Source: Theionarchaea archaeon
GTDB taxonomy: Archaea > Methanobacteriota_B > Thermococci > Methanofastidiosales > SZ-28-30
Reading direction: 5' to 3'
DNA length: 38,237 nt
NCBI GenBank assembly: GCA_018992685.1
Contig: JACVGT010000039.1
Span: 1-38,237 of the forward strand
Below the pieces are notes generated by a model. That model did no database searches. It saw only the letters and a program-made list of their open reading frames with translations, and was not told the DNA's origin. The position numbers were made by a program, and so were the translations under genes. Positions 27,510 to 36,418 of this stretch are shown here, piece by piece. The stretch's first letter is position 1; each line of letters starts with the position of its first letter.

Positions 27510-28334
27510 ATGGGCTACAAGCGTTACACTTTAGAAAATCCGGAGGACCTTGTCATTCTCGAGAAATATTTCTCCGTTCAGGGATGTATGATTAAAGATG
27601 AATACAAGTTTGTGGCAGAAATTCATGAAGAGTACGAAGTGTTCAGGGAGACTCATTTCTACCATGACAAGGGAAGGGGACGGATCTTAATTATGAAGCC
27701 TGTTGAAGGAGGTGATTATGACGAGTTGCTGCTGTTTTCTCCCTTAGGAACTCTGGAGACTCTGAGTTCAAATTCCTACTATGATGCTACTGAACTGGAG
27801 AAAATAATCGAAAAGATGCTGAGCAAGAACACCGAATTTCGGAGCAGTCTTATCAATGACTTGTGCGAGGCAAAGAGAAAATTTAATGCGACATTCAGGA
27901 TATTCTTTGGTACAAATTTTGACTTTTTCTCAAAATGCGAATTGATTGCAGAGATCAATCCCTTTTGTCTGAAAAGAAGTGATTTCAAGGATCTGACCAT
28001 GAGACTGTCTGGGATGATAGATAGTTTCAATAAGGAGGAAACCGCAGGACTTCTCGGAGATGAAGTGAGAGGGAGCATTGATGCCTTGAGAAAAGCATTC
28101 CAGAAAGCTGACAAGAAACATCATGTTACTGAAGAACTCAACAAACTCTCCGTCATTCACAGCCTCAGACACACGATTCCAGTTCATGAAACAGACAAGT
28201 ACTTCCCACAATTCCTAAAAATCTTCCAGAAAGAATACCCTGATAATGCGGTGGATTGGACTGATCTTTCAATCTTTGTACTGCAGGAGACAGCTAGAAT
28301 AGTCAAAGAGATCTCAGGAGTACTCAGCCAATGA
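27510..28334 (+). CDS. Hypothetical protein with C-terminal HEPN-like Rx5H motif, antisense within the cas operon
   Basis: 274-275 aa open frame (TTG 27507 or ATG 27510). Helical C-terminal half with GSIDALRKAF...LNKLSVIHSLRHTIPVH. TTTAAATA box at 27478-27485. Confidence 0.7.
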   Translation: MGYKRYTLENPEDLVILEKYFSVQGCMIKDEYKFVAEIHEEYEVFRETHFYHDKGRGRILIMKPVEGGDYDELLLFSPLGTLETLSSNSYYDATELEKIIEKMLSKNTEFRSSLINDLCEAKRKFNATFRIFFGTNFDFFSKCELIAEINPFCLKRSDFKDLTMRLSGMIDSFNKEETAGLLGDEVRGSIDALRKAFQKADKKHHVTEELNKLSVIHSLRHTIPVHETDKYFPQFLKIFQKEYPDNAVDWTDLSIFVLQETARIVKEISGVLSQ

Positions 28335-28335
28335 G

Positions 28336-29022
28336 CTATATTAGAGAAATGCTATCAGTATCAAATCGCCAGCATTCCACGGGTTCTTCTAGCTCTGCAG
28401 GTAGCTTCCTCGGCACAGAGATAACTCTCATTTCCACATCTTCACCATCATTCACAAATCGATAGGGTACCTTCACGACTTCACAGTCCTCATGAACACC
28501 TTCGACTACACTCGAGACAAGAGCACTCTTTTCCTGATGCACGTCTGTAACCTCAATGTGACTTATGTCCACCATGTCGTCTGACTGACCCAGATAGCAG
28601 ACCCTCTCAGGATCTTTCAACTTCCGAGCAATCTCTTCCATGAGTTCATTCTCTCCCACAAGATATATGCGGTACTTTGGGTTGACCAGAAATGTTTTGA
28701 ACATGGGAGCAGAAGGAAATCTCTCCACAAATGTGCGTTCTGTCTGTCTGGTCACGAGCTTGAGTATTTTACACATCTCAGTGACTCTCTCCACTCTTCC
28801 CACGGGTTCGATCCCAATCATGACCTTGTCCTGGAGAAAATAGGAATCCCTGGAGAGCCCCATTGCACACTCAAGAAGTCCTCTGATGGTAGTAAAAGGA
28901 GGAACAGGATAAGTGAGCATGACACTGGTGGAGGTAGGCTGCCTGAAACAGCAGAAATACATGCCCTCCATATCGAACCTGAGTCCCTTCATAGGATCAC
29001 TGAAGGTTCTGCTGTCTGACAT
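28336..29022 (-). CDS. cas5: Cas5 (type I-B)
   Basis: CFRQP..TYPVPPFTTIRGLLECAMG, LVNPKYRIY, YLGQSDDMV. The start may be MKGLRF, about 30 nt downstream. Confidence 0.93.
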   Translation of the reverse strand: MSDSRTFSDPMKGLRFDMEGMYFCCFRQPTSTSVMLTYPVPPFTTIRGLLECAMGLSRDSYFLQDKVMIGIEPVGRVERVTEMCKILKLVTRQTERTFVERFPSAPMFKTFLVNPKYRIYLVGENELMEEIARKLKDPERVCYLGQSDDMVDISHIEVTDVHQEKSALVSSVVEGVHEDCEVVKVPYRFVNDGEDVEMRVISVPRKLPAELEEPVECWRFDTDSISLI

Positions 29023-29947
29023 ATTCTGTGGCTTCCCCTATGACATCTTTTGGCTCTGTGATCACAGCAGAAGGGCCCATGACATCCCTGTATGCGTCTG
29101 TCAACTGCTCCTTGTTCTCCAACAACCCAGAAATCTGGCCAAGCAGAATGCTGTCACTATACTCTTTCACATCCCTGAGTATCTCTTTGAATCTACTGAT
29201 GTCCAAGGTCTTCCTTTTCCCATTGTCCTCAGTGAATCTGAACAACTTCTGCAGCCTATGAGAGTAAACTGTCTGGAACGAGATGCAAATGAGATCCGGC
29301 GTAAAGTCGGTCAAGAGCCTGGCCTGTTTAGAATAATCTGTCAATAATCTCAGTGATTCTAGTATTTTGATAATTCTCTCCTTTCTCTTGTCTGCGTCAA
29401 TGTCGTACTTGATTCTCATTGTACCTGTTTTCTGATCGACTCCCTCGTCTCCTCCAACTCGCCTCACATCTACTGACAATCCACACTTGTAGATATTAGT
29501 GCCGATTTCAATGTTCACAATGTCTCCCTCGAGTTTTTCTCCCTTGTGTCTTCGCGTCAGAAAGTCAATGACGCTGTTGTCCTCAAAAGGAAGCAATCCA
29601 ATTGCAGGAGAGACTTTGACGGGTGAAGTTCTTATCCTGGCACCTCCACCTCCTCTTTCTTCTCCACCATATGGTCTCATGAACCCAAAAAGGTCGCAGT
29701 TCAAACACTCGGCAATTTTCCCACAAGTTTCTCCTCTGTCATCCGGTACACACATGTGTTCTTTCTCACTGAGGTTCCTTCGAATCGCCTCCTTCATATA
29801 GTATCTCATGGCCTGTCCCGAAACGTAGGGAAACTCCATGCCTTCGCTCTTAAACTTCTTTACATCAATGTAGTTGCTTTCCCCTTCGCCAGAATTGAGG
29901 TTTGTCAAATCTGTCTCAGAGAGCCACACTATGCTGATTCCCTTCAC
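28997..29947 (-). CDS. cas7: Cas7 (Cst2/DevR family)
   Basis: NLNSGEG, PYVSGQAMRY, CDLFGFM, RTSPVKVSPA. Confidence 0.93.
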   Translation of the reverse strand: MKGISIVWLSETDLTNLNSGEGESNYIDVKKFKSEGMEFPYVSGQAMRYYMKEAIRRNLSEKEHMCVPDDRGETCGKIAECLNCDLFGFMRPYGGEERGGGGARIRTSPVKVSPAIGLLPFEDNSVIDFLTRRHKGEKLEGDIVNIEIGTNIYKCGLSVDVRRVGGDEGVDQKTGTMRIKYDIDADKRKERIIKILESLRLLTDYSKQARLLTDFTPDLICISFQTVYSHRLQKLFRFTEDNGKRKTLDISRFKEILRDVKEYSDSILLGQISGLLENKEQLTDAYRDVMGPSAVITEPKDVIGEATEYVRQQNLQ

Positions 29948-31479
29948 TTGGCATCACCTTTCTTCTTTTCTTTCTCTTCAAAATATCTTAGCTTTGAGAG
30001 GCTGATGCTCGTGTAGATTATGAGAGCATCTCGTATCTCTTTCCATTGGTTCTCATCTGATTCAATGATCAGATCAGCCACCTTTTCCAGGGGTATGGGG
30101 TAAACTCTCTTCTCCCTTGCATCAGGTCCTATGACCCGTTTTGAGGCTTGCTCAAAGGCTCTGAGAAAGTCTGCTCTTGTCTTTGCTTTGTCCATTGAAT
30201 ACAGAATGCTCAGGTGATCTCCCACCAGTTTTGCAAGAGATTCACCAGCTCCCTTAAGAGCTTCCAATTCTTGCTCAAGTCCCATTTTTCTCAACCTCCA
30301 TAAACAAATCAGTCTGTCTAGATGACGTATATTGCCAAAAAATACGACCTTGTTCTTTTTCGGCAGAAATATCCTCGAAAACCTTCTAAAGTTATTTTCG
30401 ATAGCAAATTTAGCGGCATCTTCTCTGAGAGCATTGGTTTCATCAAAAGCAGTGACCTTTTCTTTTCTCATGACACTGATCCTCTCGAGAATGTGATCAT
30501 ACATCTTTGTGCCTTCTCTTCCTAGTTCTGCAAGAAGGGTCACTGTTTCATCTTCTAGAACAAGCGGTCTGTATTTCACGTTCTTCACTGTCCCTGAAGG
30601 AATAACCAGCATGCTCCATTGCTTGCAGAAGGTTCGTTCCACCGTTTCAAAGAACACGTCAAATTCGAGCTCTTCTTCCTTGAAATCTTCCATTATGCGA
30701 TCAATAAATTCTTCAAAGAATTTTAGGAAAGTTGTATTTTCTCCCTCCGTGGGCATGAGTTTCTCATCCTTGCCAATTCTCATTATATTCGACACTTGCT
30801 GATTCTGGCCATTTAGAACCTGAAGGTATCTTCTCTTTGCCTCATTTGTTTTCTTCAAATCCATTTCGAAAGGCAAGAGTATTACTGAATGGGTCCGCTT
30901 TCGAGGACCCACGAAACATCTATAAACCATACCTTCATCAAGCCACTGGACTGTACCCACAAGATAGCACAATGGACAAATATTATCGAAATTCTCCTTC
31001 ATTGTTCTTACCCCACTGAGACTTCTGATCTTTGTGGCAAAGGGGTGTACAGCCTGCTTCAAATTATCAACTTTCTTCTTGTAGGTTCTACCGCAAAGAA
31101 CGCACGTCCTCTTGCCAGGTTCCAGGTCTGAAAAGATCTGACCCAGTCTCTGGCTGGTCTCAAGGTATATTTTCTCCCTCAGGACATTCCTGTCTCCAGC
31201 TTTTCCATATTGGATAAGAACAAAGTCTTTTCTTACATATCTTTCTTGTCCTTTCTCATCAAATTTCTTGCAGAAAATGACAAGATCTCGCTTTGACTCT
31301 ATTCGGTGGGCAAGGTTTCTGAGGAATACTTCTTTGTCGTGGATGTCGATTTCAACCATGTCGTCATGGATTACGGCTTGGCATCCCTCGATGTCCGTCA
31401 GTAACCTGTAGAGAGTTTCCGTTCCGTTGAGCATCCATGTATCATGCTGAATCGGCAAAGTCACTTTCATGTTGATCAC
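29944..31479 (-). CDS. cas8b: Cas8 large subunit, CXXC-CXXC (Cst1/Cas8b1-like)
   Basis: Lies between cas6 and cas7. CVLCG...ICPLC zinc motif and a helical small-subunit-like C-terminus. Confidence 0.8.
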   Translation of the reverse strand: MINMKVTLPIQHDTWMLNGTETLYRLLTDIEGCQAVIHDDMVEIDIHDKEVFLRNLAHRIESKRDLVIFCKKFDEKGQERYVRKDFVLIQYGKAGDRNVLREKIYLETSQRLGQIFSDLEPGKRTCVLCGRTYKKKVDNLKQAVHPFATKIRSLSGVRTMKENFDNICPLCYLVGTVQWLDEGMVYRCFVGPRKRTHSVILLPFEMDLKKTNEAKRRYLQVLNGQNQQVSNIMRIGKDEKLMPTEGENTTFLKFFEEFIDRIMEDFKEEELEFDVFFETVERTFCKQWSMLVIPSGTVKNVKYRPLVLEDETVTLLAELGREGTKMYDHILERISVMRKEKVTAFDETNALREDAAKFAIENNFRRFSRIFLPKKNKVVFFGNIRHLDRLICLWRLRKMGLEQELEALKGAGESLAKLVGDHLSILYSMDKAKTRADFLRAFEQASKRVIGPDAREKRVYPIPLEKVADLIIESDENQWKEIRDALIIYTSISLSKLRYFEEKEKKKGDAK

Positions 31480-32204
31480 ATCATTCTCCTACTGTTCCTT
31501 CCAGCTAGCTTCACCATACCAAATCCCATACTATTCTTTTCACCAAACCCAGTCTCATACCCCAACCTCAAAAGTCCACTGTCACCCCACGCCTCAAAAA
31601 CCATGAGACTTGCCCTATGGAAGGTGTCTTTGATCTGTATCCTCATCATTTTCGTGGAGAATGGCTTTGAAAAGGAAATATCATCTTTTTCCTCTTTGTA
31701 CAACCTTTTGAATTTCTTCACCAAATTCTTCCTCAAGTTCTCATAGAACTTGGGCTCAGTAGGATATAAATCCACAATCTTTAGTCTCCCATTCTCCTCT
31801 CTTACACTCCTCACAATGATGGGGGACACTGTGGAGAAAACGCTTCTCCCATTGAATTCCGGATTTTTCAGAATCTCTACACTCTCTACATCAAACGTGA
31901 CTGTGCCAACCCTCACTGTGGGACTTTCCAGAATACCTTCCACAAAACAATGGACAATCTCTGCCCTCGGAGAGGACATCAAGAAATAACATTCATTCTC
32001 CACATATATGCCTTCAGGAGAAATCCTCCTTTCGGGTATTTGAATCAGAGAAAACGTGAAATACTTGAACTCTGTGCTCGAGTGAATCCTCGAAGCTAAA
32101 TCTGAATTCACTCTTTTGATAGGCCCATAGACTGCTCCTGCCAGTGCCAGGTTGTAGTTGAAAGGGATGAGCCCTCTTCCTTTCAGAGAAACTTTTGCTC
32201 GCAT
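31476..32204 (-). CDS. cas6: Cas6 endoribonuclease
   Basis: IPFNYN, FKYFTFS, TVSPIIV and the G-rich loop GFGEKNSMGFG. ATG 32204 lies downstream of TTTAAATA (32245-32238). Confidence 0.95.
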   Translation of the reverse strand: MRAKVSLKGRGLIPFNYNLALAGAVYGPIKRVNSDLASRIHSSTEFKYFTFSLIQIPERRISPEGIYVENECYFLMSSPRAEIVHCFVEGILESPTVRVGTVTFDVESVEILKNPEFNGRSVFSTVSPIIVRSVREENGRLKIVDLYPTEPKFYENLRKNLVKKFKRLYKEEKDDISFSKPFSTKMMRIQIKDTFHRASLMVFEAWGDSGLLRLGYETGFGEKNSMGFGMVKLAGRNSRRMM

Positions 32205-32290
32205 TCCATCAACTTGCAAGGAAATGAGGATAAGAACTATTTAAACTTTTCCCTAAGTATGAAAAGGACAAGTCCAATGTGTGATCGTGT

Positions 32291-33772
32291 GGTCATTGTC
32301 CAACATAGTCTGATTTCAACAAGAGAATAGAGAAACTAGAGCAAGATAGAGACGGGATTTCAATCCTATCATAGTCTGATTTCAACTTTCATTGCCTTCG
32401 GCATAGTGGCCTGGTACACAAAGCTCATTTCAATCCTATCATAGTCTGATTTCAACTTTAAAGATCAATCAAAAGCTACGATCCACAAAAGAATTTCAAT
32501 CCTATCATAGTCTGATTTCAACAAAAAATAGCATTTAGCTCGAAACCGTCTTCAAACTATTTCAATCCTATCATAGTCTGATTTCAACGACTATTTTGAG
32601 AACTTTGTGAGTGAAACTGAGGTATTTCAATCCTATCATAGTCTGATTTCAACTCAACAGGACAGTTAATTGTGGTTTATCATGACCTATTTCAATCCTA
32701 TCATAGTCTGATTTCAACTGTTACCATCTCAATGCACCCTGCATTTAACTATAATTTCAATCCTATCATAGTCTGATTTCAACATTCCTATTCCAGAGAA
32801 CCCAGGGTTTGACCCATTCATTTCAATCCTATCATAGTCTGATTTCAACTGAAACAGCCCTTACCATGTATCCAAGCAAAACTTTATTTCAATCCTATCA
32901 TAGTCTGATTTCAACTAAATCTTCAAAAGGATTCCTGCCAATGTTCCTGAAATTTCAATCCTATCATAGTCTGATTTCAACTACTTGGGATCAGGACATT
33001 TATAAGCAAAAAAAACTGATTTCAATCCTATCATAGTCTGATTTCAACAGAAGAAAGATCCCGGTGAAGCAGTTATGTCAACATAATTTCAATCCTATCA
33101 TAGTCTGATTTCAACAATAAGCATTGAAGCAGTGGATCACATTGACATACATTTCAATCCTATCATAGTCTGATTTCAACAACTAATGCGAGTTTGGAAA
33201 AAAGAGTTAAATAAGGATTTCAATCCTATCATAGTCTGATTTCAACTATTTCCACAAGATCACTCTCCCTCTCTTTCTACCATTTCAATCCTATCATAGT
33301 CTGATTTCAACAGTAGAAAGGTTACTTATTCAGTTCCCTTTCCTGCCATTTCAATCCTATCATAGTCTGATTTCAACGATCCACCAGGCTGTTGGTAAGC
33401 CCCCAGTGATCCGATTTCAATCCTATCATAGTCTGATTTCAACGATAGGAAATGCTTTCTCAGAACTGAGAGACACAATATTTCAATCCTATCATAGTCT
33501 GATTTCAACTTGACGACCCTGAGCGAACATGTCTAAAGCGAGAAAATTTCAATCCTATCATAGTCTGATTTCAACCTATGACAGTAGAATCTGAAGTCAC
33601 CCCAACTGACGATTTCAATCCTATCATAGTCTGATTTCAACATAACTCTATTTACATACAGGTGTATTTAAAGTTAATTTCAATCCTATCATAGTCTGAT
33701 TTCAACATATTTGAGTGTCCCGGCGGTAATCCTGAGTCAATCATTTCAATCCTATCATAGTCTGATTTCAAC
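32291..33772 (-). CRISPR. CRISPR array 2: 22 intact repeats plus 1 degenerate trailer repeat, 22 spacers; repeat GTTGAAATCAGACTATGATAGGATTGAAAT
   Basis: 30-bp repeat differing from array 1 at two positions. Leader is on the right. Confidence 0.98.
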
Positions 33773-33899
33773 AGGGTGCCTTTTTTCCTCTATTTCCCTG
33801 ATACTATATAAAACTATCGTCCGTTCAGCACCCCTCGTCGTGGATCTCCGGTTCTGCACTTCCTTTATAAAGAACCACGACTTTTCGTGAAAATCACAA
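33773..33899 (-). promoter_or_regulatory. CRISPR leader 2
   Basis: Near-identical copy of leader 1. Confidence 0.9.
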
Positions 33900-33900
33900 C

Positions 33901-34026
33901 ACAAGTCTTGGCGATGTTGATGTATCGAGGCTGAGTAAGTGGATATGTGGTGACTGTGGTGCGACCTTCTATGCCCAGGAACCTTTGAGTAGCTATGATG
34001 AACGAGCTATCTGTCGAAGGTGTTAG
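33901..34026 (+). pseudogene. Start-less zinc-ribbon gene fragment
   Basis: TSLGDVDVSRLSKWICGDCGATFYAQEPLSSYDERAICRRC*: two CxxC motifs, with no ATG, GTG or TTG in frame after the TAA at 33868. Confidence 0.4.
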
Positions 34027-34281
34027 AATGAACTGATAGGTGAAAAATGAGATTGTCGATACAAGTACCTTATTTATCCGTAGAAAGAAACACCGTTTTT
34101 ATTTTCACTTTTTACATGGTTATAAATATCTCAATAAGAAACCTTTAAGTATTTCTGCCCAAGAATGAGAGATGATAGTTTATAGAAAAAAGTGGCTATT
34201 TGAAGTCTTGACAATTCAATTATTAAGAAAATGGAGGTGGGTAAATGAAGAAAGAGAGGTCTCCTCAACAGAAAATAAGAA

Positions 34282-36327
34282 TTGACCGAATTGAAAGGGA
34301 GGCGATGTCCGGTGAATAGAATGAATCTTTTGGCTAGATCTATTATAATAGCGTTGCTGGTATTCATTCTGTTTGTACCAAAGATTTCAGAACAGCACTT
34401 GGATGAAGGGACCCACCTCATCATTGTTGAAGTAGTACTTGACACGATTGACCTAATATCATCAGATGAAGTTGACTATGATGACGATCCTGATGATGGT
34501 GACGATATTAGGTTCTATTCTAAATTCGCTCAAGCTGGACATTCATCCCAAGAATGCATGATTGCATTCCCTGATGACTTGTACGAAGGTTATTACAAGA
34601 AAGACTACGAAGAGCTAAAAAAGGGCAACTTCAAGGATCAGGATGACAGTCACATCGTTGTAGGACAGATTGTTTACCTGCATGTTGAGTGTGACCCTCC
34701 CGAACCCTTCAACTACGAGATTCATATATGGGATGACGATTGGTATAGTCCTGATGGAATCTGCCAAATGATCAAGGATGCATTGGAACTCGAGTTTCTG
34801 CCAAAGGAAGCCAGAATCTGGGGAGGGCTTGCCACGGGACTGGGTTCAGTCTTTAGAGAGATCAAAGGTTCCTCAGACAACTACAGTAGTTCAGTGGTGA
34901 TAAACAAAGTGGTGACAGAGACCACAAGACACACTGAGCAGACAACACTGTCATGTTGTAATGACCTGGATTGGAAGGTCGGAGACCCTGGAGCTAGAGT
35001 CAATTTCACGATAAAGATAGAGAATTTTGAGGACCTTAAATGCAGGACAAACGGCTGCCCAAACATAGAGGCATACAGAAAACTCGTCCAGAGTAAAATA
35101 GATCAGTTGGCTCTTGAAGAGGAACTCAAACGGTTGTTGAAAAGAGATTTCAATGTGATGCATGATTCTATTGAACAAGGAAAGATGGAAGAAGCTAGGG
35201 AAGAAATAGACAATTTCAGGGAAGAAATATATGATAATGGTACTATCGATTATAACACAGCTGTTATTTTGGAAATTTTAGCCGGTAAATACCTGGATTT
35301 TACCCCTACAATTGGATGTGATCCCCCCGTCTATCAGAATATCGTAGCTTTCCCTACACCAGAGCGTTTCCTAGGTTCAGATTTGAATAGCGACGGTGAC
35401 ACAAATGATACTATCTTGCGCTACAAGAATCTCTTTACTGGTGAGATTGTTAACACAGGGCTTGTTGCCTCTGGTGCCCATCATTCCATCGACATCCATG
35501 AAAATATTATTGCTTTCGTAGGCGAGGGCTCGCACATTCAGTACTATGACACCAGAACAAACACTTTCATTGAGACTGGGACCACTGGCTCACATCCTTC
35601 GATCCATGAGGGTATCATTACTTTCGTTTCAAAGAATACGATTCACTATTTCAATCTGGAAACTCAGACACTGGTAGATACAGATATTTCCGGAAGCAAC
35701 CCCACTGTATACGATAACCTAATCGTCTTCCATGCTTTCAACCCGGAACCAACAATCTGGGCCTACGATGTGCACACTGGAACTGCTGTAAACACTGGAT
35801 TAACTGGGAGAGATCCTGTTCTCTATGAAACTGTGATTGCTTTTGAGACCCCAGAATCCTCAGCTGGCGAAGATCTGAACGGCGATAATGATCTCAATGA
35901 TTGGGTGGTTCGATACTACGATCTGAATGATCAGATCCTCACAAATACAGGTGCAGTCGGGAGATCTCCTGCCCTCCACGGCGATCGAATAGTCTTTGCG
36001 ACTCCTGAAGGGGATGTAGCCCAAGATCTAAATGGCGATGGCAAGATCTTGGGTAGCGTTATCAGATACTATGATCTAGAGAGTGGCCGTGTGGTCAACA
36101 CTCAGAAATTGGGTACTGAGCCTGATATCTATGATGATACAATTGCTTTTTATTTTTTCGAGCACTGGGTAGGTAGAGATTTCAATGGCGACGGAGATCA
36201 AGCTGAACCAATCGTAGGAATTCATCAGATTTCTGTGAAGAAAATGGGTACCACAAATACGGCATCACTGTTCTTGATTCTTCTATTGGCTGGAAGTGTA
36301 GCTGCATATCTTGAAAGAAGAAAGTAA
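34282..36327 (+). CDS. Secreted/membrane-anchored protein with acidic N-terminal domain and C-terminal beta-propeller carrying DLNGDGD loops
   Basis: Signal peptide (likely start GTG 34312 or ATG 34321). Repeats NTG..G..P.IY...IAF; four D[LF]N[GS]D[GN] Ca-binding-type loops; C-terminal TM plus RRK. Confidence 0.8.
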   Translation: MTELKGRRCPVNRMNLLARSIIIALLVFILFVPKISEQHLDEGTHLIIVEVVLDTIDLISSDEVDYDDDPDDGDDIRFYSKFAQAGHSSQECMIAFPDDLYEGYYKKDYEELKKGNFKDQDDSHIVVGQIVYLHVECDPPEPFNYEIHIWDDDWYSPDGICQMIKDALELEFLPKEARIWGGLATGLGSVFREIKGSSDNYSSSVVINKVVTETTRHTEQTTLSCCNDLDWKVGDPGARVNFTIKIENFEDLKCRTNGCPNIEAYRKLVQSKIDQLALEEELKRLLKRDFNVMHDSIEQGKMEEAREEIDNFREEIYDNGTIDYNTAVILEILAGKYLDFTPTIGCDPPVYQNIVAFPTPERFLGSDLNSDGDTNDTILRYKNLFTGEIVNTGLVASGAHHSIDIHENIIAFVGEGSHIQYYDTRTNTFIETGTTGSHPSIHEGIITFVSKNTIHYFNLETQTLVDTDISGSNPTVYDNLIVFHAFNPEPTIWAYDVHTGTAVNTGLTGRDPVLYETVIAFETPESSAGEDLNGDNDLNDWVVRYYDLNDQILTNTGAVGRSPALHGDRIVFATPEGDVAQDLNGDGKILGSVIRYYDLESGRVVNTQKLGTEPDIYDDTIAFYFFEHWVGRDFNGDGDQAEPIVGIHQISVKKMGTTNTASLFLILLLAGSVAAYLERRK

Positions 36328-36418
36328 TCTCCTCTTTTTCAGAAATATTTTGTTTGAATTCGGTGACAATAATAGTGTAGCAGTCCAAGATGGGACTTCC
36401 TTTATTTTCAAGAGTGTC

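Noticed and set aside
32221-32320. Possible CreA/crRNA-like regulatory mini-array upstream of cas6
   Set aside because: The degenerate repeat is at normal spacing as the trailer of array 2. By eye I found no seed complementarity to the cas6 or HEPN promoters. A computational check is still worthwhile.
19166-33508. ORFs with repeated KSDYVRIE / KSDYDRIE / FQSYHSLIST peptides
   Set aside because: They are translations of CRISPR repeats.
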